A DNA stretch of 64,000 nucleotides from Fimbriosthenelais zetlandica. Taxonomy: Eukaryota. The stretch is from contig OZ365114.1 of assembly GCA_977030845.1 (NCBI GenBank), positions 15,190,001 through 15,254,000 on the forward strand, given 5' to 3'. How positions within the stretch are numbered: the stretch's first letter is position 1; each line of letters opens with the position of its first letter. Made by a program: the position numbers and the translations under genes. The notes under the pieces are model-generated. The model worked only from the letters and a program-made list of their open reading frames with translations, was not told the DNA's origin and ran no database searches. Shown here one piece after another: positions 42,541 to 56,700 of this stretch.

Positions 42541-45500
42541 TTTGTATATGCTCTTTTTCATGCTACCGAATTGTAGATATGGATATGTTATAGATCCAAT
42601 GACATTTGAAGCTCTTTTGTACAGACCCTTAAGAGTATACCATTTAAGAGTCCTAGCTGTTGATGGAACTATCCCTATGTACCCTGAATGGTGTCGATAT
42701 AAATGGGCAGATCTATTATTTCCCCCATGAAAGACACGAAGAATAAATGTACATCATCAAAAGAAACCTCAGGAGAAAACCTTTCAGTAAAATGATAAAT
42801 TGGTGCAGGACCCCATATTGAGGAAGAGACCAGGGACCATCGAATAGTATCAAAGATCAGGGCATGTAAACATGACGAATGACCTCAGGAGAACTTTGAC
42901 ACATTTCCTTAGACCTTAGACACACAAATGGCAAGAAGGTGTTTCATGATGTGATAAGATTGCAAAGGAATTCAATGATAATTCAGTTTTGATATTTTTT
43001 GCCAAGATATGATTTGAAAGCATGGTGCTGGTATTTTCCATGTGGAAGCATTTAGCATCATCTATACAAACTCCAGTAGATTTCGCCAGTCAAATTTTGC
43101 TGACAGGATCAAAAATAAAGTACATCAGTCAGTTCCATCTAAATTCTTCTAACCCCAAGATACTTAAGATGCCATAAGAACACTGAGCAGATGGGAAAAC
43201 TTAATTTTAGTATTGGTGGAAAATATCTGAGGATTGGAGCATCAATATTGTTCATTAACTCATAACAAGTTGTTATCAATAGCAGGTAGCTCACAGAGTG
43301 CCAACAACAGTGTAGATTTATCTGGGTCAGGAAGACAACATCTATCGCTCATTTCTAGAAACCATGGCAAGACTAGAACAAGGTGGCTGTATTTTTTTAT
43401 GTGTGGGTGTTGACCTAACACTACCGGGGTATGACTGGCTGCAAGTCATTCCTAGTGCGAGAACTGACAGTGATGGATTTTAACACAATTTTTACCCTGA
43501 AACTAAGGTATGTCTTCGCAACTTGGATGTTAAACTGATGTTAAAATTTCCATCCCTGGAGTCTCTCTTGATGTCCAAATCTTATTTTGGAATCGATGAA
43601 CATACGTTTTTTCATCAATATGTAAACCCTAATACTATGGCCTATTTTAACCAATTAATTTCACCTACGATTTCACATAATAGCATCACAAAATTGGATC
43701 CAGACCTGCACCTGCGCTGTCCAACAATCAATATCAGCTGTGGTGCAAAAGCAATGGCTGACACGCGATTAAATAATTGTATATTTGTATGTTGGCTACC
43801 TTATAATATGACATATCGGTTCGGGAGTGTTTTAAATACATTATGTACATATACCAAAAGCACCCAACCAAACCCTTTGGCTATTACATATAACGACAAT
43901 GTCATCAATGTAAAACAGGTATACCACCAACACATTTGTGGGAAATTCAAAATGCAGAATAATCCAAAGATGGAATTTTGCTCTTTATATTGGGCTTTGA
44001 CAATGGTATGGATATCCATTTCAATTTGTAGACAACCTCGTAGTTCTATACCATTCTCCCACGCAGTCATGTTGTGCCTACCCAGTGCCATGTCTTCACG
44101 CCTGGAGTTGAGCCATAGGTCTCACCTTTCGGACCAACTCAGGTCTCTACCTCGGTGAATTGTGTACAAAATTGAAGTGGAAACATGGCCTCGGGGGGTC
44201 TTGGTATTGCTGGCTAGACTTCAGGACATGACCCATACTCATTGATAAATTCCAACTAAAAATGATTCATTACTGTTTAGTTTTTTTAGCTATAGAAAAA
44301 ATTGACAAATCAAATTGAGTTCCTGTAATGAATGTTATGAAAAGTGTCTTTAGAAATGTGACAGATTTCAAAATCTGATAACATGACTAGATGAAACTGA
44401 TAAGCTTTGAAGTGCATGGAGTGACATTTTTTTATGCATCTCTTTTTCAAGTCATCATAATGATGACTCAGTGCAACAATCTCATTGTGATATGATATAT
44501 TGAAAACTGACCAATCGCCCAAGGGTATTTGAAGTCTCTTTAATCCAATAACTCCCTCTGATGGTAATTGTTCCTTTGTTCTTTCGAAACTACAATTTTT
44601 TAGTTCCACCGAATTGACCTCTAGTTTTAGGGTCGACAATCTTTGATCCTGTACATTTCACGACTGAGACAAGGTTTCTAAACAGACTGTGGTACTAAAC
44701 TTACCAATGTCATATTAATAAAACTTGTCTTAAAACCAGACACACTTATATTTTTGTTGTTTTCGCGAGTGTTTGGTAGCAGCTGCTTCAGTTTTAGCTC
44801 ACCCAGTCAAAACATGATTAGGGAGAAAGATAGTTGTCAAAGCTCCACATGTTCACGGACGAGACACCAATCTGTCAAATCAAATAAGTGTCTTATGCCA
44901 AAACACAGGTTGGTTTAACTACTGATGGGATGTTACATAGGATAATGGATTTACATCCAATGTTTGATAGGCCATCATGCCTCAGTTGAAAGGTCATTTA
45001 CAGTTTATATATAAACACAGTACCTAACCTAAGATATTTGATCACTGAAAATGTTATTCATTTAGATCAATTAATTTATTTTTCAAATACAATAGACCTG
45101 GATTCTGGCCCTTACATTGAACTCAATCGTCCTCTATAATATGTTACTAACTGTTTGTAGCCCTCTGTCTCTACTTGGAATACTTTTATTCAACAAGTCT
45201 CGATTGAAACACCCAATGAAAGCACAAAATAGTTCCTCAATGTAACTCAAATTGAGCATGTACCTTTGCTAAATGCCTTATAGGAGATTGGACAATATCA
45301 AAGGATGCCTTTCCGCCTTTTTAGGACACTGGCACAAGTTCTAGGCACATTATGTTTGTGGTTTACTTCCATCAGATATATAACATTAATGGTAAGCACT
45401 ATGGTGTTGTGGGCTAAATGTTCACTCAAGCCTAGCCAAGCATGGATGGCTATAGATACAAGAGACCAACTGGGATACCTGTAAGAGAATTTACAGCTCT

Positions 45501-48035
45501 AACAGAGTCATTAGAGGTTTCTGTAGTAAATCATCTCGATCTCCATTAAATCTCTGTTGCTCGTTTCAAGTCATTCCTGGGACATGCAACTATGTACATG
45601 TATTGAGCGATTATGCCAATATGTATTGGGCTTTGATAGCAAAATAATTATGTTCATTTAGGTTGATAATATTCAAGGTTCATGCTTATAATTGGGGACC
45701 ATTGTAATATAAACAAATGCATCGGTTATAAGATATCTTGCCTTAAATGTAAGCCTAACAATCAATGTTGAAATTTAAATGTAGTGGACTGCATATAGGC
45801 TATCGATTTGCTTTGAAACTTGAAGAAATGCAAATAGAAGCACTGGGAATTGTTATATGACATTAAGCGTTTTGTGTGCATGGGAATTTTCCCTCGATTG
45901 ATTTGTAACATTACACCTCTATGTGAAAACAATGTTTCCTATATAATATGGAGTGAGCAGTGAGGGATTGGGGATTTATCTTCATTTGGATCATATATGT
46001 ATGTGGAACCGAGCCAGTGAAAATATAATCAGCCATTTGAGCCACCTGGGCAGTTAGCCTTTGGCATGCGAGAGGCAATGTTAATTGTTGGCTCTGAATG
46101 TGTGAGGCTCCTACCACAACTCACATGTACGAACATTCAGGAAATGATCACGAAAAGCGACCATTTAACACGCTACCATTATGACAGCTGACCCATCAAA
46201 TCCCCCAGCTGTCACAGGCTAAATGGACTGGAATAATCATATGTGTATGTGTCTATATATGCTTGCAAATCATGATGCACAAACCAAGCTGCAGTGAAAT
46301 ATGTCGGACTAGTTTCCGACTATAGTTCTTTATAGCATCATAAGCAATGCAATGTATGTTTTATTAGGAACCCCTTTGTATACCTGCTATAGTTCTCACC
46401 CTCTTATCTAGGTGTTCTATGGGAAATGTTCCACCACCCTAAATGTAAGGATGGGATCCAACCACCGGCTGTTGGTACTCACGTGGAGGCAGAGATGGAG
46501 AGAGAAGGGGATCGGGCAAGTGCCATGTGAGTGCTAAAGACCATGTGGTCTGGAAATGGAACAACACACAACAACTGGTGTGGAATTAATTGCTTGCTAA
46601 GGCCATGATCCAAATAAAGCTTAAGACTCTTACTAAAGCAATAGAGGGAAACGGTGAAAATGCATGTCCAGAAATTGGCTGTATAAGAGAGTGCCTGGAA
46701 GAGCAACTATATTATGAGAGCTGATGGAAAGTTAAAATGATTGACCTGCCTGAATATAAGTTTTATTAACACACTGGCATAATGTCATGGTGTCTGTTTG
46801 TGCAGACACCATAAAAATAATGACTCTATTGTATTTTTATGATCAATATTCTGTCCACAACTGAAGAGCCACGTGTCCTCTCGACACATCAAAGCAGGAG
46901 AAGCCTCTTTTGCCAGACAGGGTAAATAGAAAACAAGAATAATGCGATGACACCAATTCTCATGGCTCTTAAAAGGTACTGACTTTGGGATCCAAAATAG
47001 TTATACACATTAATCAAGATCAAAGAGATACGGGAGCCTACCTTTAGCCAGAATTGAATCCCAGTTGTGGTAGCCGCGTCCCAAAGGTCCCAAATGTAAG
47101 CTACTACTGGCAGCAAAACGACCATGTCAGTGGCTAAAGCAGCCCTTTATAGACACCTCTCACACTCACTCACTCAATCCTCCATGCTACACCCACCATG
47201 CACCATCTCTACCATGGTAGAGGCCATATTGTTGCTTGGTTGAATCCTATACTCTGTACCTTCAATGCAATACCATAGAGCACACCGGCCCAGGCCACCG
47301 GCACTACGTCACCAATGAACTCTGACCCTAGAAACACATACTCACAGAGAGGTTGCATTACAATAGACAGTATGAGACTATGCACACAACATGGAGGTGA
47401 GTGTTGTGTATATGTGGGTGGAAAGGATGGGAAAATGGTGACTTTATGAGCTTTTGAAAGGGGGTTGTGAATGTGTTTGGATCCCTCTGAAGTGGGACCT
47501 ACATCGATTCCAATAGGGGGAGACATATGAGCACAGGACAAAAAGTGCTGAGGCCACACTACTTTGTCTCGCTACACCTGTGCAAATTCATGTGTAAGAC
47601 TTAATTAGTACTATTTATCTCAAATAGTACTATGTAATTGGACTTCGGTTTAGAAATTTGTCTTTGAAACAGTTTTGTCACAAGAACTTTTGTCTAAGAA
47701 CTTCGAACTAATTCTTTTAAGTGTAATATCATGTGGTAATTTTATGTTTTTTCCGATGTATTTAAAAGTAGGGCGTCGGCCCGTGGTCCCTCCTCATTTT
47801 GACGCCAATGAATATTTTGAACCTAGTGTCTGAATAGAGACAAAAAACAATGACGGGTCAGGAAGCCATCCATCATCCAGACATATTGCTAGAATGACAA
47901 GCCTAATAAAAATTTCACCCAGAAAAAGCTGTTATAGACTCCTCCTATGCCTGGAACAGACTGTGAACACCTCTGGTTGCTAGCCTGTTTTTTTGTAACA
48001 TACGCCAACAATCGACCACATCGATCAAGATTTTC

Positions 48036-48087
48036 TACTCGAGTACATTTGCTTGGTCCCGAGTGTCCCGAGTCCCGAGTCCCGAGT
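48036..48087. repeat. TCCCGAG heptamer cluster plus TACTCGAGTA palindrome
   Basis: Four TCCCGAG copies at 48057-48086; palindrome at 48036-48045. Confidence 0.7.
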
Positions 48088-51000
48088 GCCAAGAGCGCTG
48101 CCGCCAAAACGCTTTGGTTTGTTCAAATCATTAGGACTTACACAATGTAATCGTCTCACATGTTTTGACCTTCATTCTGATATGAGAAGAGTTTCCTTTC
48201 TCAACAACAAAAATCAAACCAAGATCAACAACGTTTACTGAATTCCAGTAGCTTAAAGATAACAAAGATAGCAATATGAAATCTGGGGTGTTAGCAGTGT
48301 TAAAGTTCCTTGTGTGTGACCTTATACAGAGGATCATGACTTATGATAGATCTTTTTATATGAGCAGTGACCCATGGATATATCATTTTTATATTTGGCA
48401 AGAATCATTGTTGACTCTATGGGGTTCACAAGCTTGGACACTAATTCTCCATGCAGCCATCTTTGGAGTTTGTATGTCTTGGGATCCTAAATTGTTATTG
48501 AGGATAAAGTTGTTGTTGATATTATCAATGGAAAGTTTATAGCACACCTTTCTCTCTCTGGAGGACCACTTAAGTGCTTCACTATGTAACCTAGAAGTCG
48601 TCCAGGATGGATATCAAAATAGAGCATGAGAAAAAGTGTGTTATCCGAATGAAAGGATCAAAGGGATATTATACACCTAACTCCTGATACAGGATTCTCA
48701 GCCTATTAGTGCTATATAATAGGCTTTCCTCATTATCTGAAGAAAATAGTAATAACACATAATTATTTCCAGGGGGGATTATATAGCACATATCTGACTA
48801 AAATATAAAAATAGTGGCAAACATTAAAATAATTTTATCGGTAATTGAGGCGGTAATCTCATTTTTTGTTATCACAAATATAATGGCAGGTATGGTTTGA
48901 TTCGATGCGTGACTGAGATTCATTAAGTAAACCAGACGTCCGTGACATTAATAATCTGCCATGGAACCTTTTATTATCATAACAAAGACTGTGAGAACAT
49001 TCAGAGTGTGAAACGCTAAAAAAAACCTTATCACACAACCATATCTCATCTCTAGCTCCACTCATATTAATGATTCAAATCCTTCAGCCTGTCTACTTTG
49101 AAATAGATAAGGTAGAGTAGAGATCTCTCCTACATGTTGCCGTCCACTGCTTTGAGATCAGATTGTGAAATGTGTCATACGGCATTTGCACTTTGAAAAG
49201 GTACCTATATCTCTGACAAACCTATTTCTAAAGTAGTGAGTCACATAATATGCTAAGAGGAAATGACTGAAGGGATATGTGTCCTTTTTATATATATGTA
49301 CTTTTTGTCATTCCTGTGTTAAAATACATTGTATGTATCCATACATGGTACACTGAAAAATCCTTTTAAAATGATTTAGAATTAGTTCGATATGTTATAT
49401 ACAGTCTTTATGAATAGTATTTAGTTCATATTTCACGCATTTCATGTTAATACAGCTATTATGGACGAGGAGAGCTAAAAATGTATGATGTGGAAGGGGA
49501 AATAGGTTCAGAGGTCAAAATACAAGTGTTTTTCCTCTGGAGAAAATGACTGGAGAAAAAGCGGCCACAGGCCACATTAGATCTCTAACATCCCCCTCAG
49601 TGTGCCCCATGTGCACACAGAAGGCCTTCCTCTAGGTTTTGTTGGCCACATTCCTCTCAGTATTCGTGTATACAAATACACCAACGCAGGACTAAAGTTG
49701 GTTTTCTGACTCAATGCTTTATCCTGGTATATACATTTATTCAGGAATCAAAAACTTTCTGACCTGAAAAAAGTTCTCAGTGAATTCAATGAAGGAAAAA
49801 GGTTTCAGAATGTTTCTGTAATACAGAAAAGTCAACACAAAATACTGTAAATAGCTTTGCGTCTTTGCGTTTTTCCCAATTATACTCAATGCATTTAATT
49901 CCTGCCTGTTTCAATGGGAATATATGCAATGCTAAGTCCATGGCTAATACTCTCTTTTGTGGCCAGCCAATTTCCTACGTTTGTTGCAAAGTTCGCCATC
50001 CAATCTCCCCTTAACCATTGCCCTCAATATAAACTTTTCCTTTTTAAGTTTCTTTTTGCAAACCTATGCTCTTTTGTTGGGATAGCATTAAGATTTTTCT
50101 GGCCTGTAAACTGTCACATAGTGAAAGCGTTACTAGACAGATCTGCCCATTGTCAAACAGTCGGAATCAGGTGAACAAACCGTCACTGTTTTGCTCACGA
50201 GCTACAACAAAAAAGTTCATGGAGATATTTTTCCACGAAAAGAATGTCACCCCATGTGTTTGCTCTTTTGGTATTAAATGTCTTGTAAGTTTAGAAGCTT
50301 GAAAAAAGAAAATGTAAGGACAACTATATCCACTTTGTGACAATTCAACCAAGGGGAAAACATAAAAACATGCACCTTAAAGTGAAAAGTGACTTAAGTG
50401 ATCCAAATCTGCTTGATGGCTCATTTGTTTTTTAAAAAAGTTGTTAGGAGCCTATTACATTTCTTACAGTCTGGTTATTATTATTTGTCTAGTTACGAAA
50501 TCACGTAATAATAACCTGTAAAATATGTTATGAGAAATAATGAATAAACCTAAGTGTGATGCTTTATGATTATGATATTATATCAGACCCTGGGCAGAAG
50601 TATGGGATCAAAGTCAGACTTGACCTAAAAGGGGAGAGTGTTGTTTGGACAGCATGGTGAATGTATGTCGCAGGTGAAGTAATATAAACCTTGTCACAGT
50701 ATTAGTGTCACACACCACGTTTTTTTATGGTAGACCGCCGGATGCCCATATAAAAACCACCGTTTTTTGTATGGTCCATTCAATATAACACTTATCCTTT
50801 ACTGCTTTAGAAAAAATATAGTTTATGGCTTTGAAAACATGTGTTAATGGCCCATATTTCATTACAAATTTCTTGGCTTGGCAATAGTGCATTGGAGAGG
50901 AACGCATGGATTCGAAAACACCTATAGGTGTGAATACAATAATAAATTTACATATTTATAAATAGTTGAAAAGGTTACTTCACTTCAATGACATGCATTA

Positions 51001-52223
51001 AATAGGAACCAAAAAATGTCAAAATATACAGGTCTATGATTTTACCTTTTGTGACAGAAAAAGACATAAAATGGAAATGAGGCTTGGGGAAAATACAAAG
51101 GAGCGGATACACACTTGAGATATATTATACTGAGCTCAGAAATAAGAGGAAGAAAATAAGTTAATGTGAAAAGTGAAGCTTGCATCTCCTTTTACTCACA
51201 ATGAGATAGGCCAAGGCACCGAGACAGATGATGAAAAGTACAGTCTGATGAGGAGGTATACTAAAGAAGAGATAAAGTAACGTGAGGATGAGAAAACTGA
51301 TGCACACTGGAGTGGGATCAGTGAATTCTATCCTTATCTCACGCCTTTTGAAGTGAAACATTGCAGATTGTCAGAAATGAAACATCTGAGTAGGCTGCTG
51401 TCCTTATAATATCTAATCGTACACAGAACCACTAGAATTCTTTCTTTGCATGGGGTCCAGGCAGGGGATCTATTTGTCCTTCCGGGTTAGGGATCAAACA
51501 CTATCCTGTCTTATAATCCACTTATATAGATCCTTGACTCGGATTAGATTTTTCAGAGGGAGTACATGAAAATCCCCTAGCTGGATAACACCTGAAGTAT
51601 ATATGACTTCTTTACCAGTAAGTGTCCCCAAAACGGTAACTGATGAAGTGTGTTTATCCACTATTAACCTAGATTTCTTCACTTGTTATCTCTCCGAAAA
51701 GTGCCGAAAGAAAGAGCACCAATGAATTATCAGTCCAAGGGAAGAACTAGCTACTATTAGGTCTGCTGCGAGGAAAAGAGTTTTGTCAGAGAGATTCTGT
51801 AAGTTAGGACTCCGAGAAAAAGGTAGAGGAGAAGGTGGAGGAATCATTTACATAGACGGGGACTATTTACATATGTGTTGTCTTTGGGGCTGGGACTGTT
51901 CCTCACTCAACAACTGCTCGCTGCAGCTGGATCCATGGAAAGATGCTCACATTTATTATACTCTGTGTCATCCCCTGTTCAGAAAAGAGCATGTTATTTA
52001 TTGTATAAATAGTATTTATTGAATCATGATAGAATCACTGTGCAGCTCTATTGGGAAGTAAAACAGTTTGGTTTGTTGCCGCAACCCTTCGTTCACGATT
52101 GATAATATTTAAGATTTCTCTTTGTCCCTCTGTCGTATGGTTGCACCTTAATCATATCCAATTAAAATTATTCTTTTCTTAAAATGCGGCGAAATAAAGA
52201 AGTTAAGGCAATGCATGAACCAC

Positions 52224-52616
52224 CTCCTTGAGGCATGGCAAGCCGAAAGTAACGAGTTTAAAACTGTAACAAGGACGATTCCATTTTTTCAGATTTTTAA
52301 ACGTATTCAGATTTTTTAAATAGAAGCCAATCTACACAACATTTTGACCTAGACTATAGATCTAAGAACCTGTGGGACTTACTCTTATATTCCAACCCTT
52401 TCCTCTCTTCTGTACCGCGTCCCTCCCTCGGGCATATGTTTGTTGGAAAAAAGGGACAGAGGGCTGGGATCCACACCCTAAGTGTAAACTGTCAAAGGAT
52501 CCGTCTAGTGCCAGGGTATTTTTAGCGCTCGCTGCCTCCCAAAAACACTTCAGCAAACGTGTAAAAAACTGTGTAAATTGCCTCTTGTTCTTATCTGAAT
52601 ATTACGGGTCAGCCAT
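52224..52616 (-). CDS. Candidate first coding exons (MADP|FKLVTFGLPCLKE): 52616-52606 and 52263-52224
   Basis: GCAACC ATG G Kozak context, CC|gtaata donor (phase 2); next ttgttacag|T...GAG|gtggtt (phase 2 to 0). No homology support. Confidence 0.35.
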
Positions 52617-53714
52617 GGTTGCTGTCGCCTCTGGGTCTGGAGTTGTTAATCTAATTGTCCATTATGGGCAATATGACTGTCTATTTCAAATAGGTGGAGA
52701 ATATCACACTGTAGCATTGACTTTTTTCTCCTGTGGCATTATAATATGATCTATCTATATTATATGTCATGTATATGCATTTTTCTCTGATTTTTGAGCA
52801 CGATTACGCACTTTTACTGTTGGAACAACCGTTGAAAATGACGCCCCAGTAACTCTTAAATTTACAGGAGGCAACTATGCTAGAGTTGGTGTAACGATAT
52901 ATGCTATTTTGTAATATTTACACTTAAAATTCATCCTAACTCCCCCGAGTTCTGAAATTCCGACCTCAGCCTATGCATCATCTCAATGGCAGTTTGTTTT
53001 GAGATACTTGCGTTATGTTTTAGCATGGAACCTGCAGGGGGCAGAACTGTTGGTTTACACCTACGTGGCTCTTTACAGTACCAGTATTCAGGTGAAGATG
53101 AATGTTGTTCTGAGTTGTGACGTCCACAAAGTCATCAGAGACGATTTGTCTTCATGCTTGCACTCTGGGTGGTTTGGACTTGTCAATGCCCATGTCTCAC
53201 CCCTCAGGGATTTTGCCATAGATCATGTAACCAAACTGAATGCACATGGAAAGACCAGTGCTATAGGAGAATGGAAGTTATTTTAAATGTCTGAGTTGTC
53301 GAAATAATAGAAGTTGTCAAAATAGTAGAATAGAGAATGCAAGATTTGTTTGCGTGGGTGTAGGACTAAAAGGTCCAAATCTTTTCACATGTACATAAAT
53401 CTGCACAGTAAACGAAATAGACCATTATGTTGACTTTAATAGTCGCAACTGTGAGATATTATATCATAACTTGTCTTGTACATGTAAATCGTAGAAACAT
53501 GCACACAAAAGCATGTACAGATTCAAAGTAAGATTGGTCATAAAATTCTGAGATTAGAATGTGTGTGACTGGAATATACTGGCTTACACCTCTCAGGTCA
53601 TTGCCCCGGGTAGAGAGGCTACACTCTGCTGTTGTATAGCATATACATTGTATCTACCTTTCTAACCCTGGAGAGAATGTACAAAGAATAGTTCCAATAT
53701 ACATTTGTAATATC

Positions 53715-53770
53715 CAGCGCGCGAAAGCGGGGCTTTGTTTATGGGTAGCAACCCTTACCCCGGAAGTGAA
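53715..53770. promoter_or_regulatory. CpG-rich promoter-like patch (E2F-like GCGCGCGAAA, ETS-like CCGGAAGTG)
   Basis: Motifs at 53717-53726 and 53760-53768, about 1.1 kb upstream (minus sense) of the MADP candidate exon. Confidence 0.35.
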
Positions 53771-56700
53771 CCCCTAGTGGGGAGAGATGGGAAATTAACG
53801 GCTAGTTTTGAAAACCGTCAGAGTCAAACTAGCAAGCAAAGAGGCAACATATCTAACATTTTTTCTACGTCAAATCATCGTCACCAAAGTCACCCAACTA
53901 TCGTCAATAATGTTTAACAAGGTAAATACTCATGTTCTAAAAGTCTATTGTATTGTATTGATTGTATGACTTGTATTTTTATGTGATTTATGAAGGTTTT
54001 ATAGCGTGAGGTGTATAAACCCGCGCAGGTTCATGTGTTTCATAACTCGGAGCAGTACAGCTAAATGTTTCCCGGAATCACGGATTTATGTAAAGGAAAT
54101 AAGGACTTATACCCAGTCAAACATGGATTTACACGTTATAATTATCATTGTTCCAAGTAATAGATTGTAATATCAGACAATTTCTTGTTTAAATAGGTAT
54201 TATGGAAGGCACCATATCAGTCAACTTAATGTGTGTGGAAATGGCACAGGAGCCAGAGTTGTAAGTTTTACTTGTGATTATTTTGTATCTTAAATGTTTT
54301 AATGTCAATTATTATATCGTTCACACTTATGGTTATATTATGCGGTATGTTATAGACAAGTTTTGTACATGTAAAAGGTGTTAACATTAACTGGGTCACG
54401 CTAACGCACGTGTTTTAAGATGCTAACCGCCATCTTGGTTTAAATGTCGCTTATGGACGTGAAGCTTTACCTCTTGAAGGTGTGATTAAGAATGCGTTGT
54501 GTTTAATATATGCAAACATGCTCGTGTCAAAATATGAGATATATTCTTATGTATGAATTATGGCAATTTATGATGGCGACTTATGACGGCACTTTGTGAC
54601 ACATTGTACTTATATTTTCTCTTTATGTTTTGTCTGTTAATACAGATTCACGGTATTCGTATCGGTTTCGGTATCTGTGTAATAAACTCCTGAATCTCGA
54701 CAACAATTCTCAGTCAAATTACTCGAAAGACAGACGCTCGCACCCACGCACATTACAACATTTACTATTCGTGGCCTAGGGTGTCCACATGGTGCAAATT
54801 GGTCTGGGCCAAAAAATCCCTCCTTCCCCTCTGGGCTAAGGAAAAAACGTGACAAAGGTCATGAATTTAAGTTAGCGAATAGTCAAGTCCATGACCAAAT
54901 GATTTGTAAAAATGTAATGTCTATTCATCCTAGATGCATGAATTTGGGTGGAGTAGATTCTGGTCTGGTTTCTACAAGGCAACATCACTGAATTGAAAAC
55001 ATTTTGACACTTTCTTTTGGGATATGATTCATGGTTCAAACTGGCATTTTTAGTCACTCTTTCAATTCACATCACATAGTCAATGATTGTCCTTTGACCC
55101 TCTATTCTCTTCAATGTCCATTAGTCTCTAATACAGGTCAATGACCTTTTTACAAAGCTACATTCATCATATTTCATCATTCATCCGGAGCTTAATTGGT
55201 ATTGTATTAAAGCCTCCTCGTAAAACGAGATCTCTGACCTTTATATGTGAAATATATAGCTTTGTACTGGGAGGACAGAAGTAAGGCAAACTAGTGCAAT
55301 ACCATCTATTTGAATAAACCAGCCTAAACATCGTCTCATGTGGGCCTACCTCATCATTTGATATGACAAGGTCTCTATGATGTTCATGATTGTGAACAAA
55401 GCCGGTAGTTTATGTTGGAATAATGACTATTAAATCGAGAAATTAGATGGAAATAAAATGGAAATGTAGAGCAAATTATATTGTTTGATGCTAAGGACTC
55501 TACAAACATATCCAGCATTATGTTTTTGCTTTAGTTTCGCATTTGATAATACCTAATGAGCAACATGTGTAATAGTTTTACACACTCACTGTGCACTATC
55601 CTTCATTTCTTCTGCCATATTTTTCCCAGACTATACTTATCCGTGTGTGCTTTGTAATAATGTTATTTTTCGGCCTTTTTCAGCAGTGTGATCCATAATA
55701 TTTAATACATTCTTAACTAGAGGAGGCCGGTGTCTAATGGTTACAAAGCAAGCTTTTCTTAATGGCGTGATCCATGTTTTGGCTGGGAAGATCTCTCAGT
55801 TTAAGTCTGGACATGTTAGTCTATCAGTCTGGATCTTTCATCCCCGGAATATGTTTGCCCAACAACAGTTCCTGGAAGGTCTCAGTAGGACGGCTGAGAT
55901 AAAGAATACAAACTCTTGTGCATGCCATAACTCTTCATCATGTTCATAAAATGTTGTGGAAAAACAATACTGGTACATATATACACAACACATACATTAT
56001 AATACATGTTCTTATCTGCGTCTGAAGCGACAGGAAAATAACTAGTGTGTGAACTATATCCATGGTAGAGGGTACAAACACATAGGTTTTTTAGTTATTA
56101 TCTGCTCTTTATCGGTTAACATATTGATGACTCAGTTGGAAGCATTTGGAACCAATGTACGAAATATTATGCAACAAGGAGGCTGCTTCTCAGTCAGGTA
56201 GTTTCTAGATATCAATCAGTTGGAAAACTCAGTAGTTTGTCTAGATATTCTGAATTTATTTGACCTTATCTTTCGGTGAAAAGTAGGCAAGATACGGTAA
56301 GGGTTGATATCTGGATAGTGTTAGCTGGATAGGTGGGTTGATGTTATGTCAGTTTCAATTATTAATTGCCTAGGATGAATTCACCGAGTAAAGGTCCCAC
56401 CTACCAAGCCGACAGATGCCAATCAGGTGGTCGTCTAAATTTCCTTCTGTCCATCAGTCGGGATGGCATTTGCCTCTAGTTTAATTTATGGCTACTCATG
56501 ACAAATTCGCAGAATTATGCTACCTTTCAAATGGTACATCGTATACTCCATTTCCTTCTCTTTCAATGTTACAAATTATAGAAGGAACTGGGAAGACCTT
56601 TGACTTGACAGTTAAAGCCTGGTAGGTAGTTTGTGAATTAAGCAGCATGTTAAGGATGCGACTGTAAAGGTTGTTCATGTTAACTGAAGGTTGTACACCT

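Noticed and set aside
55722-55812. tRNA-derived SINE head
   Set aside because: Only weak A-box and B-box-like words; no cloverleaf, tail or second copy in the window.
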